64,000 nucleotides of DNA from Takakia lepidozioides (lineage: Eukaryota > Plantae > Bryophyta). Location: contig CM060733.1 in assembly GCA_030704615.1 (NCBI GenBank), forward strand, positions 70,184,001 to 70,248,000. The letters run 5' to 3'. The position numbers were made by a program, and so were the translations under genes. Of this stretch, positions 30,582 through 43,123 are shown in pieces; positions within the stretch are counted from its first letter, which is position 1, and each line of letters begins with the position of its first letter. Under the pieces are notes generated by a model, which saw nothing but the letters and a program-made list of their open reading frames with translations, searched no databases and was not told where the DNA came from.

Positions 30582-33500
30582 TCAAATTTGAATCCGATCA
30601 GTCTGTGTGCCTGAAGTGGAGCCAGACAAAAGGGGGAGGAGCACTGTGTTGTAGAGGTCAGAATCACCCTCCATGCCAAAAAGGATTCTTCCGCCTGCCT
30701 TGCATGCGTGGTAAGTTGCTCCTGCACCAGACAGGAGAACATGAACAGTTTGGAGGGGGAGATTTAAGCAGATGAAACTGTTGAAACGAAACCAATTCGG
30801 AAGGGAAAAAACGAACCTGTGGACACAGAAAGATCGACCACACGTGCAGAGCGGTGGCTGCATGACTCCAGCAATATTTGCATGAACGCTGGTGACTTTT
30901 CCTTTGCACCTCTCCAGGGAGTGCCATCTGCTCTCTTCAGAGTCTGACTGGACTGCATGAAGTTGTACAAAATGTCATCGACATGGGGCTCATAGGGGGG
31001 GTTGACGAAACAACCCTGGTCAGAAATCTCAAAGCTGCGAATGGAGGATGGTGTCTTTGAGGTGCAAATCCTCCGCAGGCAGATCGCCTCGAACATCCTC
31101 GTCTGGCAAAGATAGCAGGTTAGTGTGGTAAACACAATCTATAGTGGAAGTGTGTACATCGCTATTTAGAACTCTGACACAAAAAAATCATGAATCGGTG
31201 ATGATCGGTGTCGATCATAACACATTCTACAAGAGTGGAGCTGCAGAGAAAATTGAAACTCATGATCAAAGCACAAGCAGAAGGGAGACGGCATACCAGC
31301 TGACCAGGGAAACCCCCTTTCACAAGGTAGAGGCTGTTCACACAATTCCATGTGCGCAAAACTTCAAACCCTGAAGACTTGAGGTATGATGCCAATGCCC
31401 GACGACTATCATTGTCACATGACTGAAAAAGCAGAAGTGTCCCTGCATCAGAGAGGAAGTTGTTGCAGAACCCGAACACCCAACTCCAGTAGTTGTCCTC
31501 GAATTTGTTCCAGCCTGGCGTCTTGCCCTTTGGAAGAACTTCTGGCATAGCCTGGCCATCCGGGATGTCGAGAATGACAATGTCGGCCGCATAAGTTTTC
31601 TGCACACCGCACACGAAGGTGGGACCTGTGCTCACCTGCAACAGACATGTTTTTTATAAGAACGATGGCAAGATTGTTTTCAAAGAACGAGACTGAAATA
31701 CTGCCAACGAAACTTTCAGAGAAAAAGGAAAGAAACTGGAATTCTCACCACATTGAGGAATGAGATTATATTGTCCCAGGTAGGGGATGGCACCCCAGTG
31801 TATCCTCTCTTTCGACTCTGCATCATCGAAAGCCAACCCTCATTAACAATTTTCATCTCTCCTGCGGAATCAGAACGGGAAGGGTGTGGCTTGGCATCGA
31901 ACACGCACTGAAGAGTGCGGGTATATCTTCCAGCAGTAAAGTCCTGCCCACTCTCCATCTCCTTTTCATTCTCCTTCCCCTTGTCCTTTTCCTTCTCTTT
32001 GGACTTGTCTTTGTCCTTTGGCTTTGCTGGTGAGATGGCTATGACATCAACAGCCTTGTCTTTTGGTTTGCGGCCCGCCTTCTTTCCCTTCTGCGGCGTT
32101 CCCTGAGCATCAGGCTCCTTGGCAGCCAACGTTGCTATGTTTCGTTGATACTCTTCGTCAATCAAAGGCGCCAGCATCTCAGCGTTACTGTTCAAGTATT
32201 TCATATGTTGTTCTTGAAATGTCGTGTGCTCAGGTGGGCAGTCAAGGTACCAGCCACAGTCTTTGAAGTGAGGAGGACTCCAGTCCTTCAATATCCCTGC
32301 AGTATACATGGTTGGATCGTTTGCAGGGTCCGACCACATGTCAAGATAGTCGGGAATTCCGCTCAGGTGATTTCCTTCCATAAGCACATATTTCGTGTAC
32401 CTGAAAAAAGGAGATAAATCCCAACCCACAAAAGCGCTCAGTGAGTAAGATGCAAGTAGAACAGAATGAAAAAAACATATATTGAAATGGCTCTGAGAAC
32501 TGCTCCAAGGACCTTTCAGAACCACACTACTGCTCCAGATATGAATGTCGTCAACGCCATTCAGAACATTCCATTCAATGATACTGTAAATACACCCCAA
32601 TCCAGGTGAATGCAAATTATCGTTTAGGAATGACACAGACATAGAAGTGAATGTCGTCAACGACATTCACTAATGAAGCCAAATTATTACTTAAATGAAG
32701 CAAAATCATAGGATGGAAATCAAAAAATCGAGTAAGGAACCCACCAGGAAAACTCAATGCACATTCATAACGAACATATCACTGAGGACCTCACAACATC
32801 ACTGTATGTGAATGGCGTCAACGCCATTCACAAAAATACCAAAAAGAAACCAATTACTTAGCTCCCAATCCATGTAAATTCAATTTGTCGCTGTTGAATA
32901 ATACAGACACAGCAGTGAATGTCGTCAACGACATTCACTTTGGATTTCTCATAACAGAGCTTATCAAGCCTCCAGATTCCTCGCAAGAGGCAAAAACAAT
33001 GCAGAACAACTGAATGTCTGCATTGACATTCAGCAAAATGAAGTGAGGAACCCTCACTGTAACCTCTATGGACATTACAAAAATTTACATAACTCTGAGG
33101 ACCTCTCAACAACTCCGTAGGTGAATGTCGTCAACGCCATTCAAGGACATTATCAATTCTAATCAGGGACAATATAATTGCACCCTTAGATCCGAACCAG
33201 GTATATTCATATACTCGCTTAAGAATGACTCAGACAAAGAAGTGAATGTCGTCAACGACATACAATCTGGACCTAAGGTTGCAATCCATATGAAGCCACA
33301 TTTTTTCCCAAAAAAAACAGTAGAGTTTCAAGTATGACATTGCACATGTACACAACTCGCATCATGGCCCACTCTCCTCCAACCTGACTGTCAAAGTCGT
33401 TGGACCGTAAAATGTTATCATCTTTGGAGAACTCCCGGAAAAAACAGTATCTCCAGGTGAGACCTCTCCACTTCCTTATGTATGCCTCCAATGACATTTG

Positions 33501-36093
33501 GGGAGGGGAAACAATCGAAATGTTCAGGTCCTTCAAAGTTTGATCCAGCACAATGACGGCTCGCTTTTCGAGCTGCAAATAGTATATTTGTCAGAATTGC
33601 AAAAGAAATAGTCATCACATACTTGAAGAGAAGAAAACAGCATGTTCGAATACACACCTGACTCCAAAATGTAGCCTTGTGGAGCCAGTTATCAAACACC
33701 AAATCACTGATTCCTTCCACCTTTGTGCCAGGCTGTATGGTGCTCTTTGGGAACTGATTCAAGTCCTTTACTGTTTGATCTGAGTTCCATATCTCCAGCC
33801 ACCTTATTTTTGTTTGTGGGTCGACCATCGATATGGCCAGCCGGTGCAATTTCTCCTGCTGCATCTCCGGATGCACATGCTTGTCATAGTGTGTTTTGAT
33901 CTGCTGGAGGAACTCAGGACCAAGTCCAGGATCTACTATTCTAAGCTGCTTTCCGAAGGCTGACATCAATTTGGTTCTTCGCATTTCAAACTCCTTTATT
34001 GCAGCTTCCACACCCTTTGATGTCCTTAGTTCTTCTGGTGTAGTGCGGTAATATTCGGATTTTCCCTTCTCAGCTGCCTCTGCCAGTTCTTGCTGCATTC
34101 ATTCAAGTAGTGATTAGCTCCGAAGGGACTACAAACATGTATTCGAAAAGTAAACAGAGTACAGACTCGGGCTTACCGCATACATGTACTCCAGAAACGT
34201 CTCTCAATACCAAGTGCCTGCAGCTCTTCCTGTTTCGCACTTCTTGATGATATTGGGTGGTAGTACTGTCCAAAAATCATCCAGCTTCATCAGACCAATC
34301 CTCTGAATTCGGAATAGTGTGTGAACCAAGCTTGTTGTCACATGCGATTTCTCTGTCGATCTGCAAAAACATTGGAAATATTGCATTCCTTAACACTGTT
34401 TTTTGAGAATTAATAAGACACTACAGAGGGAATGAAATCTCCTGGATGACTTACTTGTTCACGTCGTGCATAGTTGTAAGAAGCCTAGCGATGTCGTTTC
34501 CAGGATCCAAAACCATTGCCTCCACAGCAACATGCTTGTCTTTGTCTTTCGAATGGTATTTCTGAATGTATCCCATCCATGCCAGCAATCGGTGGTTGCC
34601 GTCCCAGACGTAGAACATGTGGTTGCAGAATTGATGGGTGTTCTTTCCCATCATGAGGCCCAGCTCGAACTCCTCATTGGCATCTTTCCAGCACTCATCC
34701 CAGTTATCACTGATCTCTGGAGACACTAATGTGCTTTTCCCATTTATATCCGTCAGTGACACATAAAAAACTTGTGCACCAAATCTATATCCATGCACAA
34801 AATCACTCTCCAATTTTGTTATGTCATGGGAAAGAGGTGGACGCACAACAGGCATTGATATCATCCGGCACAGAGGTATGTCCAGACGCCCTCCAGATAC
34901 GAGCATGTCCCTTATAACCTCCTGAGAGTTTACCTTCTGGAATGACATGAGTTCTTTCACCTTGTCAAGGTAGTGCACTTCGGATTCATTTGCTTCATCT
35001 GTATTCTCTGAGCTTTTTGCGGACTCGTCCCCATCTCCAGATCCTTTCCCCTCTGATCCTGTAGGCTTCGACCTCACAGTTTTCTGCACGATGCCATTCA
35101 GTTCTGACTAAGTGATTTGCAAATAGTGAATGGCGGTAACGACCATCACTCTGTCTCAAAGAAACTCACCATGAATGGTGTGAAAGAATTCAGCACAATC
35201 TACACAAGCAAAGCTGAGACTGCCGTATTCAAAACAAAAGCGAGAGCGATAGCGAACGGCGTTAACGACAATCACAACAGATAACGACCTGCCGGATCGG
35301 TGTTGTGTAATGACATACATGTGCAACTGATTGGCGGCAACGACATTCAGTGTAATTTAGGGCGGATAGTAAATGCAGACTCTCTCTTCAAACACATAGG
35401 TACATAAATCTCATGAGGAGAATCGAATGGCGTTAACGACGCTCGCAATTCAGTGGTTCCTGCTAAAGAAGGGAAGAGGAAGGACTCCTTGAAAGGCAAT
35501 CAGACAGACTGTATGATCTGAACACCAGTGAATGACTGTACCGATAGTCACCAACTCATTGTGCTGTAAACCCTTCGCAGAGGAGTAGAAAGCAAATCAC
35601 CTTTGTGATTGTCGGTAGCGACAATCCCTGTCTGGGACATTCCACTCAATCTCTACGCATATCTTCAACAATGAAATGTAAGTTAGATAAAACTTACTAG
35701 CACCTTCTTAGGTTTTGAAATTTAATCCCCTTCTGCAGCTTTCCTCTTCCCTCTCACATTTGCTGGAATTTCTATCTGCGCTAGGGTTTCTTGATCTTCT
35801 CCCGGTTCGGCGTTCCGCGTGCTTCCACCTTCTTCAGTGTCCCTGCGAATCATCTCTGCCTCCACAGGCTGGCGCACTCTTATCGCCGACTGTGTCACAG
35901 CCGCTGCCTCAGTCTCCGTCTGCTCTTGTGAATCAGTCTCCGCGTTCACCTGCTGCCTTGGCCCTGTGTTCTCCAACAAACGACGCCTCGTCATTTTCTC
36001 TCTTGCTCTGCGTCTCTCTCTAAGGGAAGTAAAATAAAGAGACTTTCTTCTCTTTCGTATTCTAGAAGGAACCCTCTCCAGCTTGACTACCAC
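30582..36093 (-). CDS. ParB/Sulfiredoxin-like domain plus beta-class amino-(N4C/N6A) DNA methyltransferase-like protein, multi-exon (copy 1, outer element); start uncertain
   Basis: Exon at about 34456-35090 has LDIPLCRMISMPVVRP...FYVWDGNHRL (ParB DGxHR). Later exons have ADIVILDIPD (motif IV position) and WRGAKEKSPAFMQILLESCSHRSARVVDLSVST|GATYHACKAGGRILFGMEGD (motif X-I-II). Colinear with copy 2. Confidence 0.7.
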
Positions 36094-36849
36094 TCTCCCT
36101 CTAAGCGCGAAAAGTAGAAAAACGCAGTGACTCCCGATTTCTTGCGGGATTGCCTGCGTTCTTGCGTGTCTCTAGAAGCATCGGATTCCCTCCCGCGTGA
36201 CCGTTACACATAGTCGTTCCCTTATTAGTGCACATGCCAGCAATTGGTGTACAGCTGTTCGTATTCAGTTATGGATGTCTGACGTGTGTCGCCCAAAAAA
36301 AACGGCGTGTTCTTTATTAGAACGGTTTCAATATTTAAAAATAACAGCGAATCCAAGAAATCTTGGCGCACAGTCTTAGACAAATATATGTAAATGAACG
36401 AGAGTTTGATGACAAATTTTGGGATATTATACATGGTCATCCTTGTTAGCCAACCCCACGTTCGTTTCACATTTTGAACTTTCCAGGTGCGCATGATCAT
36501 TGGTAGTAGTATAAAGATACAATTACTTAATCTGCAATCCCATTCTCAGATCCTGTGGCATGCTTCCAGGAAGTCGGCTTTGTTGTTGGGTTTATTGATG
36601 AGGTTCTGGTTAACGGTTTTACAGCTGCCGACACTGCACCTAGGGATACTCTGACCACTGGGCCCACAAGAAAAGTAATTAAAATGGACGGCTGCATATC
36701 TGGAAAGAATAACATAATATGCACAGTCGTTATCTGAGCTTCCTCCGCCATATTCTCTGCTCATTCTTCAACTGTGCTCTGGAGACAGCAGTAAACCGAT
36801 TTACACTAGATCTGCGATAGCAAGGTACAAACGTACGCGAGGAAGGAAG

Positions 36850-37925
36850 ATGGCTTCCTCTGAAGCGGAGTTCTTCTCTGACGACAAACCAGTGCCGTTC
36901 TCCCAGGAAGTCCTTGACAATGGATTTGCAATTGTTCTGGAACATGTCTTGGCTACCCGTTTTCAGCTGCAGAATGGCTCCATCTTTTTGGAGAAAGAGG
37001 TGTACGATCTTAAAGGGAAGTTGGTGAAATATTCTTTCCAAAACCGTGATGAGACGGCTCATATCAGCCAGTGGAGAGTGCGTCCTGGTCGATACAGAGT
37101 ACTTGGAGAGCCTCGGCGAAAGTCCCTTGGGTCATATGTGACGCCCGGGACTGCTGCTTCGGTCGTTGAAGACAAGAGGGAGGTGGTGGTGAAAAAAGAA
37201 CAGACGTCCTCCACTCCAATCGTTGAGCTTTCGGATTCTTCAGATGATGACATAAGTGAAATTCCAAATCCAGTCCTTCCTACTGTGGTTGGAGAAGCTG
37301 ATGAAGAAGAGATTTGTAGTGTCATTCCAAAATTGCGGGCGATGGGAGGAATGGCTGGATTCAAAAGTGAGTTGCGGGGAATTGATTGGGAATCTTTGAA
37401 GCAGGTGCCTGTGAAGTTCTTGCCGGAGACTTTTGATGGCGATATCCTATTCGAGCTGCCTCCTCCTCCGCGAGTTGGAGGTGTAACAATCATGATGCAT
37501 GGAATGGACAAGAAACACGACGGGCACCCGTGGTGCAGAACAAAAACATCCAATATTCAGAATGATGACAAGCTTGTTTTTAGGAGGACAGTTTGCAATG
37601 GACACCTTAGGTGTGATAATTTGAATTGCAGACACTTTCTTCAGTCTGGGGTTCATAATCAAAGCGAATGGGAGGGTCTGGCGGAAAATCCATTTCAGCC
37701 TGTGACTGCCCCTCCACCGGCAAACACTTTCGTCTGCAAATTCTGCAAACTTGTGCCATCCTGTTTGGCGCTCTGCGGAGCAAGAATGTACTATGTTGTC
37801 CACCGTTTGAATACAATGACGAGAGCTTGTGTGCATTTTGGATTCCATAACCATCCTGTCTCGAAGGGGGATTACAGGGAGAGTGTTGAGACAGTATCGA
37901 GGTTGATCAAACAGGAGTTCGGGAG
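36850..37925 (+). CDS. Outer transposase, part 1 (N-terminus and GCM-like Zn-binding DNA-binding domain), interrupted at ...KQEFGR
   Basis: GMDKKHDGHPWCRTKTSN...CNGHLRC...C...CKFC...C..RMYY...HFGFHNHP; continues in frame at 49705 (NPSATTSAIALG). Confidence 0.85.
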
Positions 37926-38587
37926 GGGGGTTGCTATTCCATATGCACAGGTTGCGTGCATGCATGCACAAAATCCCTTATTATATATGCATGTGACAAA
38001 TTTGTATGCACACATTGTAGATTGTATGCAGTGGAGTTATATAACATAGAATACGACGTATTTATTGCATATGCAAATGTTACATCATATGTATATAGAA
38101 AAAAATAAAATAAAAAATCTTAGCTAACAAAATCAGTAGTCAATGGTCAAAGATGCATGTGACCACTAACTCCAACTAATGCACCACCTTAAACTGAAGA
38201 GAATACAAGATCCCTGGCCAAAGTAATAGTTTGCAAACTTGTATTCAAGGAAAACAGTTTCATATTAACCAAAATATGGACTTTTGTACTAACAAATGCA
38301 TATGTGTCATGTTTGGAACCACCACATTGCATGTCTGTTTGTAATGCCAAGCAGTTCTATAATTTGAAAACTTGTATGACAGGTACACAAGTTCCATTTT
38401 AACCAAAATAGGAACTTTTGTACCAACAAATGCTATGTGTCATGTTTGGAATAAAGTAGTAACAAGATAATTACATGTCACATGCATGAAAATGAACGGC
38501 ACAAGTTAGAGGTTCTTTTTTTGTGCATTTCATGTGTCACTAAGTAGTTGAACTAGGGTCCTTCTTTAGCATAGCCCTAACCTCTAA

Positions 38588-41500
38588 CTAGCTAAGGGAA
38601 GGTTGGTGGATCTCATAAGCCCCGGCGCATCCTAGATGCACGTTGTACATGAAGTACATGTGCTTACAAGGTAGATATGTTTGTTTTTTCTTCTTGACAG
38701 ATAGCTCATCAAAGTCGGGACAATCACAAGATGGAAACTGACCAATGTATACATTGTAAACCAATCCTGCTCTGGTAGATCCCTCTGTTTGTAGCTGGTA
38801 AATTCTCCCATAACCTGGCTGAGGCACGTTTCTGAATCCACGAACCTCAGCAATAAGAGTCTCCGCTGACTCTTGGCGACTCAAGTGTCGAGGAGTCGGA
38901 TCCCGACACCGAATGCGCACCCCATAGCGTGTAGTGGGATACTTACCCACAGGAAGGACAACACCTTGATGCATATGTTGTTCCACTGGAAGTGGTCCCA
39001 CAGGAAAGTTCGGATCAGGAACGTTGGGAGGATGGACTAGTCGAAAACCTGCAAGGGTCAAGTTGTCCACCTCTTCTTGTGTAAGGTTGGTTCCAACCTT
39101 CACAGGCCACACGTTTGGTATACCCGGTTTTCCCGAGCAATAGGATGGCACGGTCCCTCCAACACACGACAAAACATCTGTGGGGCAAAACCAAAAAACT
39201 TGCAGTTTTGGTTCTTTCATGTTCGGTGCTAGTAACTTGCCAGTGAAGCAAGGTGCAGGACTTCCTTTACCTTTCCTGATGAGCGCTTTGCATTTATCTT
39301 TGGAAACTCCAACCAAGGCATAACAACGAACCATGGAAGCAGGACCTGTCCGCTGAATCCTGAACAATGCATCGGAAAAGTCTTGTGTCTCTCTCACTGG
39401 ATTTCCCCATTGCATTGGCTGAGGAGGGATAGCAACATGTGGATTTGTCTCACAGAAAGTTGAAGAACTAGGAATGTCATGACTTGATTTGGAGCTGACG
39501 AACCTAGATGGCTGGTGTGGACTGGGCATCCCAGTGGCGCGCACTGGAACAGTCTTTACATTCATATCACACCTCCAAGATTCGTTTGGCCCACCATGCT
39601 CATCGCCTAACTTGCGTTTGACTGGAATAGTGCGATTGTCTCCCTCCAATTGAACCCCCCTTGTGTGCATGGGTGTTCCAGCTACTATGCCACGTACAAC
39701 CTTACCCATTTTTGCTGGGCTATTAGATCTAGCTGCTTGACGCAACATGAGCTCCTCTTTGTTGGGCCCCGTCCCCCATGTCTTTCCTGTGGTGTGCCTG
39801 TAAAATGTTGCTGCTGCAAAAGAGCTCGTGACATGTCATGCATGGTGGCCTCATATAGATCCACCTTCATTTTTTTCCCATTGCCTGCTGTCTTCCACCA
39901 AGCAGAATGGACTGCCTCAGACAAATTAGTGGTAGGCATATCTGCATCTGCCTCCACATCCATGTCCTCTCTCATCCATTGGCCCCACATTCGATATCTG
40001 TAGTGCCACCATGCAAGCCATGAATCTAGTTTTGGCAGACTCTTTTCTGTGCATGCTCCTGAAGAGAGCCACCAAGCCCGAATTGCAATGTATGTGGTTG
40101 TAGCATCCTCCAAGGTAGCACTATCTTTCCATTCATAACAGAGCTGAGTGTGCCTTTCACGGAAGTCCTCCAAGATATAGTCGTTGGTGTGTCTTCGGAG
40201 GCTTTCAGCCCAATGATATAAACATGTTCTTTCTTTACCTTCCATTGGGACATTGGGATCAGATCCATAAACCCTTCGAACAGCAGCCCAATTCGCTCCT
40301 GCTGCATCCGCCATGAAGCCAGCAAAATTTGGTTTGTTCAAGCCAGCAAGTTTTGCTTGTTCATTGATCATCTCCCAGAATAACACCTGAGCATCTGCAT
40401 CCTCTATTTTCATATCGCAAATGGCAATGGTCATCATTCGCTTGACATATGGTTCATAGACATGACACGCAAGAGTTGTCCAATCCTTGATGCGTTTGAC
40501 ATGGTCAAATACTACCCAACTTGTGCGTAGATCCCCCTCACTCATGCGACGCACAAGATCAACACCACTCCCGGGACCAGCAACAGACATCTTGAAAACA
40601 TGGGGGAGATGAGAAGTATGCTGGCCTGGAAGGAGATTGCTGTGAATGAAATGGTATGTACTCAGACGCTTCAACTCCAATATGGACATGATGGAATTGA
40701 CACGTGCAGATGCGACCTTGTTTTTCACATTGGGGCTACAAACATGGGCAAACTCTTCAAGAATATCTTCCAAAGCCTCTCCCTCAAGACGTACTGTCTC
40801 TGTGCCATCAGCCACAAGAACTCGATCAATCAAGAGCTTTTGGGCCATTGACAAGGAAATAGCTCCCGGGGTCGACCATGGCTTCATCTTAACGTGCTCT
40901 TGAATCATGCTTGATGCATTTTCCGCAGCCTCTCTATTCTCGCCCTTGGCACATGGATGGTTATGAAACCCAACGTGAACTGCAACACGTGTATATGTTG
41001 GAAGGGAACTTGTGACATAGTACATTCTTGCCCCACAATGCGCCTCACAGAAAGGTCTTTCTTTGCAGAAACTACACTTGAACTGGTTGAATGGAACTTG
41101 GGCTCCTGCAATGAACACCTTGTCTGCATTGCCTTCCCAATAGCGGTCATTCCGTTCTCCTTCTTTCTTGAAGAAGGGGCAAGTGCTGCTTTGACATATG
41201 AGCTTTCCAACACAAAGAACCTTACTACATTTCACATGATCTGGAACACCAGACATATTGTAGGTATTGGTCTTGCACCAAGGATGACCATCAAACTTGC
41301 GGTCCATGCCTTGGAGGGACTGTGAACCACGGTCCGTACGTAGTTTGACCACGGGGGGGAGTTCGTGGATCACTTTTCCATCAAAAGCTCGAGGAAGACA
41401 CCGAACACGATGCACTGGAATGTGACTATAGTCCAAGGTAGAAAGCTCTCCTTTTGATCCATTCCTCCGAGCAAATGGCCAAGATACTCAAAATGGACAA

Positions 41501-42081
41501 CACACCAGAAGGAAATGCAGATGTAGCCTCCCCTGCTAGTCGTGGAGATGAAGATAAACCCCTCGCAGATTCGCAACAATCAGACGTGGTGTTGTCCAAT
41601 GAGTTTTCCGAGGCTTCATGTCGTGAAGCAAGACCGTATGAGCAGATGAGGAAGGTTGAGATCCACAAAATACACTCTTAGAAACCTCAACACAATCCGA
41701 ATTATGAGACCCCAAGCTCGCCGAATCTGCAACCTCCTCCTTCAATTTACAACTCCCATTTGTCGCAGCTTGATCGTTCTTTCTTGCAATAGAAGTGTGC
41801 CTCTCATCATGTGACTGTGTATAGCTCGTACCTGTGACACGGTACTTGGAGAAAGTGTCTGGAAACAACTCCCATTGCTTTTGGCCGTCATTGAAAACTG
41901 GAAGCAACACTGTGGAGGCATCATCATCTCCATCATCCTCCAAAAAAACTGAACCCGGAACAAGTTTGAATCTATTGCATAACCAAGGTTCTGGGATAAT
42001 GCACTTGTTTCCATTGCAAGGATAACGAACCACTTTTGCATCAGGTGGACATGAAAGCACTGCATATTTTGGTGTAGACAT
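38588..42081 (-). pseudogene. Inner transposase: GCM-like, MULE DDE and SWIM domains, frameshifted
   Basis: ORFs 42081-41536, 41436-39685 and 39748-38588. Motifs WVVFDHVKR (D1), FMADAAGAN (D2), CLYH (CxxH), TTNLSEAVH (E) and SWIM SCDCPDF...PCKH. Confidence 0.85.
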
Positions 42082-43123
42082 TTGGCAATGCCCTCAAAGT
42101 TTGAGAGAAGATGCAAAATGAATGAAAGCGCACATCTTGCAAGACCTTATGCAAATACATTAAATGGCTTACATTACTTATGTGTATCATCAATCCAGAA
42201 GGTCCAAATTTTTTGAGGCATGTGCTCCATCCATATTATTCTCTGACAGAAACAACTAAATGGACTATCCCCTATTTTTAAGACGACGGCGCCGTTGTTG
42301 AGATCTTAGAATCCAATGTACTGCCTTCTTCTTATGAGCATATGAAACATAAATGCTCTGCATGTTTCCATTTATTTTACAACCAATCGTTGATTAATCG
42401 TCCAACTATGAACTGACACACTAGACGGCACAATTTATTTACAATCAAATCCCATGACATGTATGTTGATTTGTTCTTTGATTACTCATGTATGAGTAAT
42501 GAGTACAAGTATTTGTGGCGACAATTGGCTCTAAAACCAATAAATTGATTAAGACACCCATAACAAAATATTTAGTTACTTTATCACTTACTTTATATTG
42601 TATTATGAAGGCGCCGCCACAAAGTAACATGTCAATCGTACTCTGAGGATCCACGTGTAACCCATGTAGTCCAAAAAACACTAACGCCAGAGTGTATAAA
42701 AAATGTTCACATTTCAGATTTGGCCAATTTGGCCTTTTTAAGGCCTTAGCCTTCGCCCTCGCCCCCCTTGGCGGGGGCAGGTTTGAACCCGCAACCTAGT
42801 GGAAAATACACCACAACCTTACCAACAAGCCATGCTCTATTCAATGAAACAACCTCTACTTTTTTGTTAATAAACTGTTTCTTTTCAGTTAAACTTGTTG
42901 CCATTACTACATGACTAACCCGGTATCATTACTACACTAACGTAGTCTAGTATACTTGCACATTATCCCTTGCCACTCCCCCAAACAAACACACACAAAC
43001 TACACAAGCACTTAACACGTCTCTAGTCTCTACACCCTGGAGACTCCCGTTGCGAAGAGGAGACGGAGGCGCCGCATCTCGGCCTTATACTATACCACCC
43101 CGAGGCAACGAGCTGTTGCGGCG

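Noticed and set aside
42765-42850. tRNA-like A/B boxes (minus strand; a similar one at about 49110-49165)
   Set aside because: No convincing cloverleaf; at most degenerate SINE-like remnants.
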